A stretch of DNA of 64,000 nt from a virus (IMGVR_UViG_3300033142_000627:13280-77279); one strand, 5' to 3'. Shown: positions 9,021-17,608, numbered from the stretch's first letter. Program-made: numbers and translations. Notes: a model not told the origin generated them from the sequence alone.

Positions 9021-9428
9021 TTATACAGTAAGTAATTTGTCAAAATCTGTGTTGGTAACGTTCTCAATGTCGTTTCTCCACACAGTAATGAGTTCCAGTG
9101 TGTGATCTTTCTTCTTGTTCATGACGATATTCAATTGAGATTCCGCATCATACACAAGATATTTGACTCTTGGTGAACAACGGAACTCTTCATTATATGA
9201 TAAGAACATTCTTGTGAACATTCTTTCAAGTTCAGGAATACCAATCCAGTTACGGTGATTTCTTACATGATTCACCCGTTCTCTGAAATGCTTGGTCGCC
9301 ATGAACATAAAGTCCATCTTGCGACCAAAACCATTAATCAAGTCGATGAATTCTTGTTGATTCACATATTCATCTTTCCGACTTGGTCTGATTCTAAGAC
9401 TTGTCATCGATAAGGATATTCGTGTCAA
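9021..9428 (-). CDS. Hypothetical protein (135 aa)
   Basis: Packed ORF. Confidence 0.45.
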   Translation of the reverse strand: MTRISLSMTSLRIRPSRKDEYVNQQEFIDLINGFGRKMDFMFMATKHFRERVNHVRNHRNWIGIPELERMFTRMFLSYNEEFRCSPRVKYLVYDAESQLNIVMNKKKDHTLELITVWRNDIENVTNTDFDKLLTV

Positions 9429-9648
9429 AAGGAGGATTCATATTACCCAGACGCAAAAGGTGACCGAATGTGTTCATAAGGTCCCATCCTTGCCAGCGCG
9501 ACCAACCGTCCTTGTCTTCCTGTACAGGCACATACTCTCTATCGAACGGTAGTCCGGCATAAAGAATATCATGTTGTTTTTTATGTTCGGCACGACCAGC
9601 GTCAGTCAATCGAACCTTCACATAATTGTTGATATTAAAACTTAACAT
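9394..9648 (-). CDS. Hypothetical protein (84 aa)
   Basis: Start uncertain because it overlaps the downstream ORF by 35 nt. Confidence 0.4.
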   Translation of the reverse strand: MLSFNINNYVKVRLTDAGRAEHKKQHDILYAGLPFDREYVPVQEDKDGWSRWQGWDLMNTFGHLLRLGNMNPPFDTNILIDDKS

Positions 9649-10094
9649 TTCAATTCAGCCAAAGCACGTTTCAGGCGTAGATAAGATTTGTTGTATTTCT
9701 TGATACGCTCAAAGTCTTTGTCACGTACACCTTTCAAACGTGTGATATCTGAGTTGTGCTCGATGTCTGCCATTTTGATTTTCATGGCAGTTTTGTTACC
9801 AGATTCAATCAAACGATCAATAAAGTCTTCGTATGTCTCACCATCAAGTTTTGACAACAGTACAACAATCTCAACTTCGTCTTTCGTGAATCCTGCCTCG
9901 TTCAACATTAATGCTGTGTAGTGGGTGTCTTCAATGACATCATGCAGAACAGCGGAGATCATTGCAATCTCACCAAGATGTGAGACTTTGTTCATCACCG
10001 TGAGGCAATGCAAGATATATGGCTTTCCGCCGCGGTCTGTTACATCAACAAAGAGTGTCGATGTCAGTGCTATGGCGCGTGATAGTCGTTTCAT
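9642..10094 (-). CDS. HD-domain small alarmone hydrolase-like protein (SpoT/Mesh1-type (p)ppGpp hydrolase fold)
   Basis: H...LHDVIEDT motif (ILHCLTV ... AVLHDVIEDTHYT). About 150 aa from the ATG at 10094, which has an AAGAGAGAA SD. The listed start at 10115 is a GTG. Confidence 0.6.
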   Translation of the reverse strand: MKRLSRAIALTSTLFVDVTDRGGKPYILHCLTVMNKVSHLGEIAMISAVLHDVIEDTHYTALMLNEAGFTKDEVEIVVLLSKLDGETYEDFIDRLIESGNKTAMKIKMADIEHNSDITRLKGVRDKDFERIKKYNKSYLRLKRALAELKC

Positions 10095-10128
10095 TATTTT
10101 GTGTTCTCTCTTCACTCAATCTATGGTT

Positions 10129-10215
10129 CCATTATACAGGTATGGCCACCACCGGCAACCAGCTGACGTAAGTTATTGAAATGATTGTGCTTATATGGGT
10201 ATAAGCAGGGCTTAT
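10129..10215 (-). promoter_or_regulatory. PeSL-like cassette 2: stem-loop, 28-nt box and TTGCCG-16-TATAAT promoter
   Basis: -10 at 10131-10136, -35 at 10153-10158, conserved box at 10167-10194, ATAAGC-AGG-GCTTAT hairpin at 10201-10215. Confidence 0.6.
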
Positions 10216-10430
10216 TTTGCCACCAGAGAGCGGCCAGAATAATTAAATATTGCGCCGTTATTACAAATTGCGCTGAACAACCCACGATAACTAATGGCCT
10301 GAGAAGTAACTTTTCCCACTCCGTTGTTTGTGGAACATTTATCATCAGCATAGTTCCAAGCTTCGCCAGGAACACTCGCTGTACAACCGACCATAAACAG
10401 CAGTGGTACAACTAATAGTAACTTTTTCAT
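10212..10430 (-). CDS. Small lipoprotein (signal peptide MKKLLLVVPLLF, lipobox MVGC)
   Basis: Signal peptide and lipobox Cys. Confidence 0.55.
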   Translation of the reverse strand: MKKLLLVVPLLFMVGCTASVPGEAWNYADDKCSTNNGVGKVTSQAISYRGLFSAICNNGAIFNYSGRSLVAK

Positions 10431-10657
10431 TTGATGGTTTCCATTGTTCTGTGATTAAACTTGATATTGACTAAATTAATTAAAGTTCCGTCATGACAGG
10501 TAACCTCGGTCTGACCGGTCCAATATTCTGTCAGTGTCTTGATTCCCGACTTGTCTTTACAGAAGTATTCAGCCTTTGTATATGTTTCCATATCAATTGT
10601 CTGGTAAAAACAACCAGTTAAAAATAATAACGGTACAACTAATAACAACTTTTTCAT
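10427..10657 (-). CDS. Small lipoprotein paralogue (identical signal peptide, lipobox LTGC)
   Basis: N-terminal 12 aa identical to the adjacent lipoprotein. Confidence 0.55.
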   Translation of the reverse strand: MKKLLLVVPLLFLTGCFYQTIDMETYTKAEYFCKDKSGIKTLTEYWTGQTEVTCHDGTLINLVNIKFNHRTMETIK

Positions 10658-10869
10658 TTGTAATATTCCTCTTTTAGTTGTTGAACTTTATTCAATAAAG
10701 ACCTATATGGTTCATGTAAAATGGCCTTGGGATTATCATCAGATTCTATAATAAAATCTTCAATCTTGTCAAAGATTATTTCAACACATCTTTGTTGGTA
10801 ATCCCAAGCTTCTCTTGTTTCAGAATCAGGGATTATGCCGACCTTGGCACACCACTTTTCATAGGTCAT
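10654..10869 (-). CDS. Hypothetical protein (71 aa)
   Basis: Packed ORF. Confidence 0.4.
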   Translation of the reverse strand: MTYEKWCAKVGIIPDSETREAWDYQQRCVEIIFDKIEDFIIESDDNPKAILHEPYRSLLNKVQQLKEEYYK

Positions 10870-11201
10870 TCGATAACCTCATAACCTAGTGATTTTTGTT
10901 TTTTGTGAAGTTCTTTCCAGAACTCTTCAGCGAATAGTAACCCATCACCGTATGTCGGAACATTTCTGTTCATTATTCTCCGAGCATGAGAATCACAAAT
11001 CCTTTCCCGAATATCTGTGTCGTAACAACCCCATTTAAGAACTTCAAAGAATAAATCATCCATGTGACACGCTTCATCAATAAGTTGATTGTCTGTCAAT
11101 CGTACATTAAGATATTCTTGGTAGAATTCGTCCATTTCTGTAATGGTCTTTCCTGCCTCAGCAAGACTTAGAATTCCCAATATAAGTTTTCTATTTTCCA
11201 T
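10866..11201 (-). CDS. Hypothetical protein (start revised to the internal MENRKL)
   Basis: The listed start at 11270 overlaps the upstream ORF by 80 nt. Confidence 0.4.
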   Translation of the reverse strand: MENRKLILGILSLAEAGKTITEMDEFYQEYLNVRLTDNQLIDEACHMDDLFFEVLKWGCYDTDIRERICDSHARRIMNRNVPTYGDGLLFAEEFWKELHKKQKSLGYEVIE

Positions 11202-11385
11202 TTGATTCGGACTCTTCGTTAGTTTCTTCTTTGGAACCCCAAAATTCTTCGCCCATGCGGACATGACCAAATTCTTTTACATCTTCGCAAGCAGGACAGA
11301 CGCCAAAGTATTCGCCACCACAACCACACACATGAGGGGTTCCGTCACCGGAGAACATCTTAACTACTTCGTATTCTTCTTCCAT
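11191..11385 (-). CDS. Small Cys-rich acidic protein (64 aa)
   Basis: CGCGG...CPAC motif. It is the first gene after cassette 3. Confidence 0.4.
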   Translation of the reverse strand: MEEEYEVVKMFSGDGTPHVCGCGGEYFGVCPACEDVKEFGHVRMGEEFWGSKEETNEESESNGK

Positions 11386-11413
11386 AATCTCTCACTCAAC
11401 TCAATTTATGGTT

Positions 11414-11480
11414 CCATTATACGCAAAAAAAGGGGCCATGTAAAGCCCCTTTCGTAAGTATTTGAAATGATTGTGCTTAT
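11414..11480 (-). promoter_or_regulatory. Cassette 3: conserved 28-nt box, terminator hairpin in place of the -35, and TATAAT -10
   Basis: -10 at 11416-11421, box at 11453-11480. The leader is shared with the other cassettes. Confidence 0.5.
11425..11454. terminator. Rho-independent terminator (GGGGC-N8-GCCCC flanked by A and T runs)
   Basis: aaaaaaaGGGGCcatgtaaaGCCCCtttcg. On the minus strand it follows ORF 11498-12097 and directly abuts a TATAAT box. Confidence 0.7.
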
Positions 11481-11497
11481 GGGTACATCAGCCAGAT

Positions 11498-12097
11498 TTA
11501 TAGGTCTGAGATATCGACCTCATCGATGTGTTGAATCGAACGAATGTGTGTTGGACTATGGTCCAGTTTAGTCAGGATAGTACTTTCTTTAAACACAAAG
11601 GCACGTCCATTGACCTTAGAGAAACCGTCAAGACCAGACTTACCGAACACCGGTTTTCCCAGCTTCGCTGATTTGCGTAGTTTGCCGAATCCTGGCCACG
11701 CATCACCGCACTCGTTTGTGGAAATGGCGTAGTAGTCGCCTCCTTTATCCGCATAAGTGATAGCATCTTGTTCGAACTCAATACCAAGGACAATCAATTC
11801 CTTCTTGAGTTTGCCTGTGTTCTTGAGGTCTGTGACGAAAAATGACTCTTCGTTCACAAGTTTATCTCCAGATTCATACCACGAACCCTGTACCTTGGTG
11901 ACACCAAACCCTCGTTTAAGTAATTTCGCTTTCAGTACCGCATTTCTAGCTTTCTTTGACTTGGTAGTGTACTTCTCACCTGTACCACAATCTTTATTGT
12001 CTCTAAAGGCAGTGATAGTACCTGTGTCGTGTTCTGACCACTGGCGTTGCACCCGCGATAGTGACGACTCACTCAAAAATTCTTTCTTGGTCTTCAT
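11498..12097 (-). CDS. Hypothetical protein (199 aa, Lys/Gly-rich)
   Basis: First ORF after cassette 4. No motif. Confidence 0.5.
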   Translation of the reverse strand: MKTKKEFLSESSLSRVQRQWSEHDTGTITAFRDNKDCGTGEKYTTKSKKARNAVLKAKLLKRGFGVTKVQGSWYESGDKLVNEESFFVTDLKNTGKLKKELIVLGIEFEQDAITYADKGGDYYAISTNECGDAWPGFGKLRKSAKLGKPVFGKSGLDGFSKVNGRAFVFKESTILTKLDHSPTHIRSIQHIDEVDISDL

Positions 12098-12134
12098 ACG
12101 TGTCTCTCTATATAGATTATCTATATTTATTACT

Positions 12135-12211
12135 CCATTATACAGATACCATCCGTGGTGTCAAGACATTGATTATAAAGAGATTTTATTAGGGTATAAG
12201 AAGGACTTATA
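12135..12211 (-). promoter_or_regulatory. PeSL-like cassette 4 (TTGACA-16-TATAAT plus a TATAAG-N5-CTTATA stem-loop)
   Basis: -10 at 12137-12142, -35 at 12159-12164, hairpin at 12195-12211. Confidence 0.6.
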
Positions 12212-12401
12212 TCTCATATGCCCAATTGATAATTACCCAGTCTTCGATGCATCTCTCTTTCGAGATAAGCATTCCTTTGCCGACCATCACCATTTGTTTT
12301 TCCCAATATGGACCATAGATAGAAATAATTTCTTCTTCCGTGACGGTGACAAGAACATCATTACCGTCATCGTCTATCTCGCCGTATTGGAATTTTCTCA
12401 T
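12207..12401 (-). CDS. Hypothetical protein (64 aa)
   Basis: Packed ORF overlapping the ligase start. Confidence 0.35.
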   Translation of the reverse strand: MRKFQYGEIDDDGNDVLVTVTEEEIISIYGPYWEKQMVMVGKGMLISKERCIEDWVIINWAYEI

Positions 12402-13747
12402 CCTTTCTTCAATTCATTTAGAGTGTTTGCCTTATTCTTATCAGGACGCAACTTAACAAAGACCGGCAAGAAGAATGACATCTCATCTGCTTTCTCAGAG
12501 GCAATAACTTCATTGTACTTTACTTCGACAATGGTATCAACAAGGTCTTCTGTGAAATATTCTTTTCTCATCTCATCAGTAAATCCTGTACCAACGTTCA
12601 CAACTAATTGTCCGTCTGCCGACTCGCAAAGAAAGGAACCTAACATACCTCTGAACTTACCGGTGCCTCCTACTACCGCTTTAATAATCAGTTCGCCAGT
12701 AGACTCATTCTTCATCTTAACTTGGTGTGTAGCACGATTTGGTTTCCATTCACCATCAAGGTTCTTGATGATAGCACCTTCTTGTCCATCTGCCAACTTC
12801 TCTTCGAAGAATTGAACCGCAGCATCTTGGTCATCAACCATTCGACTCTCAATCATTTCAAGTCGTTCATAACCACCATCTTTCTGTAGACCTAAATTAA
12901 AGTGTTTGTTTATGAATTTAAGACGTTCGCCGTATGTGATTGTACAGAGTCCGTTTCTCCAATCGTCCACAGGAATGATATCCCAAATAACAGCGTAGAC
13001 ATTATCGAAGACTTCTTGCGGGGCGGTGCCTCGTTGAATCTTTGTAAGTAGACCATTGCCCTTTTTACGTGCCATTGGTTTACCTGAATCGGTACGCATC
13101 AACAGTTCACCATCGATTAGATAGTCTTGGTGCTGTGCAGGACGATACAACATCTTTGAGAGGTCTTTAAGGAACTTATTACCCAAGTCTAACTCTTTGC
13201 CGCTTCGTGCGAACACACGGACACCTTCGGTTTTACTCAGCAAGAAGTTAACCCTCATACCATCAGACTTTGCCTGAATGACAGCGGGATATTTAATCTT
13301 GGTCAAATTCTTTTCATTGTAACTGGCACAACGCATCACATCAAAGACAGGAATGAACTTCTCTCCGAGTGCCTTGTTAACAGTCGATGCGCCCATACCA
13401 CAACGTAGGTCTTTCTTGATGATACGAATAACAACTTCTCTATCATCAGGAGATAACATCGATAGTGTTGCTGACAACATCTTGATTGCTCTCTTTCCTG
13501 TCACATCACGATTAGACAACTGTTTTAGTTTCTCGACAATGGATGAGAACTTTAGTGTGGTCTTGTAACCTTTCTTGTGATCTGGAATCTTCTTGATGTT
13601 GAACTTGATGAATGGGTCCAATGCGTAACGCAAGGTCAATAGGAAGTCTTTGTATTTAATATTTGCTTTGATGATTTCAACTTTCTCATTTTTACTTGAG
13701 GTCGCTGCGATTTCATTCAAAATGTCTAGGGTGCTCTTACGTGCCAT
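12398..13747 (-). CDS. 30: ATP-dependent DNA ligase (T4 gp30-like)
   Basis: N-terminus ILNEIAATSSKNEKVEII matches T4 ligase ILNEIASIGSTKQKQAIL. Motif I KSDGMR. C-terminus LRPDKNKANT matches T4 LREDKTKANT. Confidence 0.9.
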   Translation of the reverse strand: MARKSTLDILNEIAATSSKNEKVEIIKANIKYKDFLLTLRYALDPFIKFNIKKIPDHKKGYKTTLKFSSIVEKLKQLSNRDVTGKRAIKMLSATLSMLSPDDREVVIRIIKKDLRCGMGASTVNKALGEKFIPVFDVMRCASYNEKNLTKIKYPAVIQAKSDGMRVNFLLSKTEGVRVFARSGKELDLGNKFLKDLSKMLYRPAQHQDYLIDGELLMRTDSGKPMARKKGNGLLTKIQRGTAPQEVFDNVYAVIWDIIPVDDWRNGLCTITYGERLKFINKHFNLGLQKDGGYERLEMIESRMVDDQDAAVQFFEEKLADGQEGAIIKNLDGEWKPNRATHQVKMKNESTGELIIKAVVGGTGKFRGMLGSFLCESADGQLVVNVGTGFTDEMRKEYFTEDLVDTIVEVKYNEVIASEKADEMSFFLPVFVKLRPDKNKANTLNELKKG

Positions 13748-13778
13748 AATGTATCTCTATGTTGGGTTATTGTTCTAT

Positions 13779-14639
13779 TTATACGAATGAATCTATATCA
13801 TCTATGAGTCTAGGAAGTCTATTGGCCATTAGATAGTCAAATATCTTTCCTTTTGATGTTGGTTCAACATGCACAGCATATTTCTCCATGATGTTCTTTG
13901 TCACAAAATCTGGTATAAAGTTGAAGTCTAATAGGAACTCATTCTGCTTGTATCGACCATATTCTTCCTTGGTCAACACATCTTTAGGGTCTTTGTACAT
14001 CACATTAGACAGAAACTTCTTGGTGATTGATTTCTGATTACCAATACCTTCTGTAATAAAATGGTCAGCGATTGACTTGCAGTTAGGTATGCCGTCCTTC
14101 TTATCACCAGAGATTTTCTTCTGTACTAACCACCAAGTAGGATCTTTCTCAATCACAAATTTGGAATGAATGCCGCTATATTGCTTGACGTTCTTTAGAC
14201 CTTGTAACTGTTTGAAGTCACCATCAGAGGACAAGATTAGAATCTTCTCATGTACGTGGAACTTCTTTGTAAGAATAGCGATAACATCATCAGCCTCTGC
14301 CCATTCAGCATTGATTGTTTTATAACCAAAGTGGTCAGGCAATACGGTCTCCATCTCTGTCATAATCTTGAAGAGAGTTTCCCAAGGCAACTCAGATTTA
14401 GCTCTGGCCTTCTTACGATTCGCTTTGTACGCTTTGAAGTACTTGCGTCTCCAATACTTACGGTTATCGATAGCAATAATCATATCACCATATGTAGGAC
14501 CAAACTTCTTCTTGTATGAACGGAGAATATTAAGAATGAAATGACGAATCAGTTCTTCATCTTCTTCAACACTTCGTCCCTTGGTAAGATATACCGAGGC
14601 CGCTGATACAACGGTTTGTGAAAAGTCAACTATAATCAT
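13779..14639 (-). CDS. rnh: RNase H / 5'-3' exonuclease (T4 rnh, FEN-1 family)
   Basis: ILILSSDGDFKQL and KKISGDKKDGIP match T4 RNase H ILIISSDGDFTQL and KILKGDKKDN. Confidence 0.9.
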   Translation of the reverse strand: MIIVDFSQTVVSAASVYLTKGRSVEEDEELIRHFILNILRSYKKKFGPTYGDMIIAIDNRKYWRRKYFKAYKANRKKARAKSELPWETLFKIMTEMETVLPDHFGYKTINAEWAEADDVIAILTKKFHVHEKILILSSDGDFKQLQGLKNVKQYSGIHSKFVIEKDPTWWLVQKKISGDKKDGIPNCKSIADHFITEGIGNQKSITKKFLSNVMYKDPKDVLTKEEYGRYKQNEFLLDFNFIPDFVTKNIMEKYAVHVEPTSKGKIFDYLMANRLPRLIDDIDSFV

Positions 14640-14772
14640 AATGGTGTTACTCTGGTTACCCGCTTAAATGGAAAGTAGGGTTTCTGATACGATTCTGCTC
14701 TTACTGTCCAATTTGATTTCTGACAGATCAGGTATAACCTAACTTGTTCATCAGTGCGTAAACAAGATATCA

Positions 14773-14979
14773 TTATTGCACTACCGTAATAGCCGATTGA
14801 ATTGAATCCATTTTTAACCATAATACAGCGCCAACAGAAAAAACATTGGAACAAATAAGACCGCCCCAAAAACCAACTTGGTTGTTCCAGTTGAGTAATC
14901 CAGCAATCAACATTAATCCTGATAAGGCCATATATACTAAACCTGTGTCCATAATATAAACTCCTCTATTATATTTCAA
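14773..14979 (-). CDS. Small membrane protein (68 aa)
   Basis: Two hydrophobic helices. Confidence 0.4.
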   Translation of the reverse strand: MKYNRGVYIMDTGLVYMALSGLMLIAGLLNWNNQVGFWGGLICSNVFSVGAVLWLKMDSIQSAITVVQ

Positions 14980-15787
14980 TTAAAAATCGTGGTTTATGGT
15001 ATTCGTTCTCAAGACCACCATAAACATTAGGATATCCCATAGGGTTACACATCAAACGGGTCTCGCCAATATTGAAGTCGTAACCATCGTGAGTATGTCC
15101 ACTAAACCATAGGTCAGGTTGATATTCACGAATGAATCCATCAAGGTGTGACGCATAAGCATAGTTAAGTGTAGCCATTTTCGTTGTCTTGTATCTTGGA
15201 TGAACACACTCAAACGAAGGAAGATGATGAGTAACCACAACCCGTTTCTTGTCTTTGTGTTCTTTCAGTGCGTTCCAAATTGCCTTGAGATGTTTCTTGT
15301 GAATCTCGTATGCATCAGCAGGACGAAACTTTCTGTAATGGTTGCTCTGTCTAATGGTGATTGCTTGATAGTCATTCATGAACAGTTTGGCATCGGCCAT
15401 CTCCAGAGGACTAAAGTTGTTGAAGTCTGTCCATAGGGTGCCACCGGTGAACAGAACACCATCAATAACTCTCCAATCTCCGTTAAGGAAATGGAAGTTC
15501 TCTACAGAGTCATCAAAGTTGATCATGAAGTTGTCAACTTTATCAATACGACCACCGTAGTATTCGTGGTTTCCATTAACAAAGACAACATGTTTGAATC
15601 GTTCACAGAAGTTATCAAGAAGTTCTTCAAGCATAGAGTTAATCATCTTACCATTGCCCGGTTTGCCGATGTCTCCAGCAAGCACCAGAACCGTTTCAGA
15701 ATCATCAGGCCCAATGAGGTCCAGACCGAGGAATGTTTTCGTACGGTAGAATTCTGAATGGATATCTGATAGTAGTTTGATTTTCAT
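14969..15787 (-). CDS. Calcineurin-like metallophosphoesterase (272 aa from the MKIKLLSDIH start)
   Basis: Motifs DIH, GDIG, GNHE and GHTH in order. The ATG at 15787 gives an ATGA overlap with the upstream ORF; the listed 15934 start is an N-terminal over-extension. Confidence 0.7.
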   Translation of the reverse strand: MKIKLLSDIHSEFYRTKTFLGLDLIGPDDSETVLVLAGDIGKPGNGKMINSMLEELLDNFCERFKHVVFVNGNHEYYGGRIDKVDNFMINFDDSVENFHFLNGDWRVIDGVLFTGGTLWTDFNNFSPLEMADAKLFMNDYQAITIRQSNHYRKFRPADAYEIHKKHLKAIWNALKEHKDKKRVVVTHHLPSFECVHPRYKTTKMATLNYAYASHLDGFIREYQPDLWFSGHTHDGYDFNIGETRLMCNPMGYPNVYGGLENEYHKPRFLIEI

Positions 15788-16095
15788 AATGTTTTTAGTA
15801 TTCTTTCTAATTCTTTGTCCATTTCCTGCAAGTCTTCGACAGGCATATGTCCAACAAATGGCCAAACACCATATTGTTCCATCTTGGTGATTGGTTCGAT
15901 CAATACGTTCTGACGAACACCTTTGTTTATCCAAGATACTATACGATATGGAAAATAATAATCTCTTTCTTCGCCAACAGCCGCGACCTTTTTCATTTTC
16001 TCAGAGTCACGAATCTCCATACGTTCCAGGCCATGGTGCCTTGCTAACATCTGGAGATGTTGGTTTTTTACTTTTGTGAATGTATTAGTATTCAT
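15784..16095 (-). CDS. Hypothetical protein (103 aa)
   Basis: First gene after cassette 5. Confidence 0.5.
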   Translation of the reverse strand: MNTNTFTKVKNQHLQMLARHHGLERMEIRDSEKMKKVAAVGEERDYYFPYRIVSWINKGVRQNVLIEPITKMEQYGVWPFVGHMPVEDLQEMDKELERILKTL

Positions 16096-16099
16096 TGTT

Positions 16100-16130
16100 C
16101 CATTATACAGGTCCGACCAGTGGAGTCAAG
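16100..16130 (-). promoter_or_regulatory. Early promoter cassette 5 (TTGACT-16-TATAAT)
   Basis: -10 at 16102-16107, -35 at 16124-16129, placed 7 nt upstream of the ORF start region. Confidence 0.6.
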
Positions 16131-16132
16131 AG

Positions 16133-16525
16133 TTATTCGTAGAATTTGGGTCTTGATACCTCTCCATCATACACCACCACAACAATCACCTGTAGACCTA
16201 GTTTATTTGCGGCCGAAATCATGTGTTGAGTGCCTCGACTCTTTCCGTCCCATACAGCAAATAGACCATCAGCATACTCGGCCATTTCTGTGTTTCTAAT
16301 AGGACCAGCACCTTTGCCGTATTTGTCCCAATCAGCAGGAAATTTCTTGAACTTGATATCAAAATACTCAGCAGTTTTCTCTGCGTATGTGTCAACGCCT
16401 CGAGCTCCACCAGAAACAATCTCAGATGGTGTACACCAATCAAAATATGTTTCTAGTGCTTTGGTATATTCTTCAACGGTAATATCTCTGCTGCCGGCAA
16501 TAATAACTTTGTCTGGGTCAAACAC
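16133..16525 (-). CDS. DUF2493 / SLOG (LOG/YspA-like) family protein
   Basis: VIIAGSRD...GGARGVDT...GPIRNTEM...VWDGKSRGT pattern. Confidence 0.55.
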   Translation of the reverse strand: MFDPDKVIIAGSRDITVEEYTKALETYFDWCTPSEIVSGGARGVDTYAEKTAEYFDIKFKKFPADWDKYGKGAGPIRNTEMAEYADGLFAVWDGKSRGTQHMISAANKLGLQVIVVVVYDGEVSRPKFYE

Positions 16526-17028
16526 TATGCTATCCTATTCAAGATTCGTTCTGCCTTGTAAATGTTTCTTGGAGTTAAACCAATGAAATTATCGACTACA
16601 ATGAAATTATCTTTCTGCCAGTAGAGCATATCACTATCGTCATCAAGGATAACATACTCTTTGAAATTGTAAGACTCTTCTATGTTATCTTTCATCCAAT
16701 CATAGATTTCATTTCCACGAAATACCGATTTCTGATCGAAACTTGGAGTCCTGTCGATGATATTACCAGTAACACCAGCAAAGCCAAGAACATCTCTCAG
16801 TTCATCAACGGTACGACCAAGGCGCCAGGTTGAGGACACAACAATATCCGCATTGGTGTTATCGGTTAGTTCATTAAGATTTGATACCGAACGAGGACAT
16901 AATCCATCGGTTAAATAACCATCTCCGTTGTCTACTCGCCATTGTTCTCTAGTCATACTCTGGTGATTCAATACACCATCAATATCTAGGAAAATAAGTT
17001 TATTCATCAATCCGTTCCCATTCATCAT
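16525..17028 (-). CDS. HAD-superfamily phosphatase (polynucleotide 3'-phosphatase-like)
   Basis: Motif I FLDIDGVLN (DxDGxL). ATGA overlap with the downstream gene. Confidence 0.55.
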   Translation of the reverse strand: MMNGNGLMNKLIFLDIDGVLNHQSMTREQWRVDNGDGYLTDGLCPRSVSNLNELTDNTNADIVVSSTWRLGRTVDELRDVLGFAGVTGNIIDRTPSFDQKSVFRGNEIYDWMKDNIEESYNFKEYVILDDDSDMLYWQKDNFIVVDNFIGLTPRNIYKAERILNRIA

Positions 17029-17215
17029 TAATCATCTTGTAGATTTCAATTGCGTATGTCTTTGCATTCCACATAGGTCCACTACCATATCTTTTGATAA
17101 CTCCGGGAGAATGGTCGTTGAATTTCTTGTCGCCAATATATTCCCATTTCTTATGTTGTTTGCCGGTGTCGATATCTCGGGCAATCACTTTGTATATGTT
17201 AGTCATCTTATCCAC
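17000..17215 (-). CDS. Hypothetical protein (71 aa)
   Basis: Packed ORF. Confidence 0.35.
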   Translation of the reverse strand: MDKMTNIYKVIARDIDTGKQHKKWEYIGDKKFNDHSPGVIKRYGSGPMWNAKTYAIEIYKMINDEWERIDE

Positions 17216-17391
17216 GACTCACTTTTATAGTAAATACCAAAACACAACCGATGATAATACTCTGTTGTGTCATTAACCATCTTACAATTTACATATTCTT
17301 TTCCACCGAACGAATACGAATTTACGCCATCAAATAACTTGGTAAACATTAATTCGAATCCAAATAAAGAAAACTTTCTACGACTCATCAA
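17203..17391 (-). CDS. Hypothetical protein (62 aa)
   Basis: Packed ORF. Confidence 0.3.
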   Translation of the reverse strand: MMSRRKFSLFGFELMFTKLFDGVNSYSFGGKEYVNCKMVNDTTEYYHRLCFGIYYKSESWIR

Positions 17392-17608
17392 GTTTCACCA
17401 AAAAGTGGTCGTCAATGTGTGCATGAACCCACCGCGAGGCATTAGGATTACCATTGTCGATTAACAACCAAGGTCCTTTCTTCTGACTGAATTGAATCTT
17501 ATCTTCAACCTTACGGACAACCCACTTGTCACCATCACGTTTGAGGCGTTGTTTTGCCTTGGCACTACGAGCACCAATGATAACTTTTTTATTTAGCCAG
17601 TCGGTCAT
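17378..17608 (-). CDS. Hypothetical protein (76 aa)
   Basis: Packed ORF. Confidence 0.4.
   Translation of the reverse strand: MTDWLNKKVIIGARSAKAKQRLKRDGDKWVVRKVEDKIQFSQKKGPWLLIDNGNPNASRWVHAHIDDHFLVKLDES

Noticed and set aside
10121-10411. 96-aa minus-strand ORF spanning promoter cassette 2
   Set aside because: It overlaps the conserved 28-nt box, the -35/-10 elements and the lipoprotein gene 10212-10430, so I treat it as an artefact of the open frame through the regulatory region.
11757-12815. 352-aa plus-strand ORF
   Set aside because: It runs antisense across the minus-strand 199-aa ORF, promoter cassette 4 and the DNA ligase gene. Its low-complexity Ser/Phe/Leu-rich translation is typical of reading the complement of an AT-biased coding strand. 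No SD or promoter is evident.
15788-15934. N-terminal 49-aa extension of the metallophosphoesterase ORF
   Set aside because: The extension overlaps the whole 3' end of ORF 15784-16095. The internal ATG at 15787 gives the ATGA coupling typical of this genome and begins right at the conserved phosphoesterase motif I.
16219-16586. Plus- and minus-strand ORFs nested in the DUF2493 gene (16219-16443 minus, 16230-16586 plus)
   Set aside because: They are fully embedded in, or antisense to, a gene with clear family motifs. Their compositions are biased and they have no start signals.
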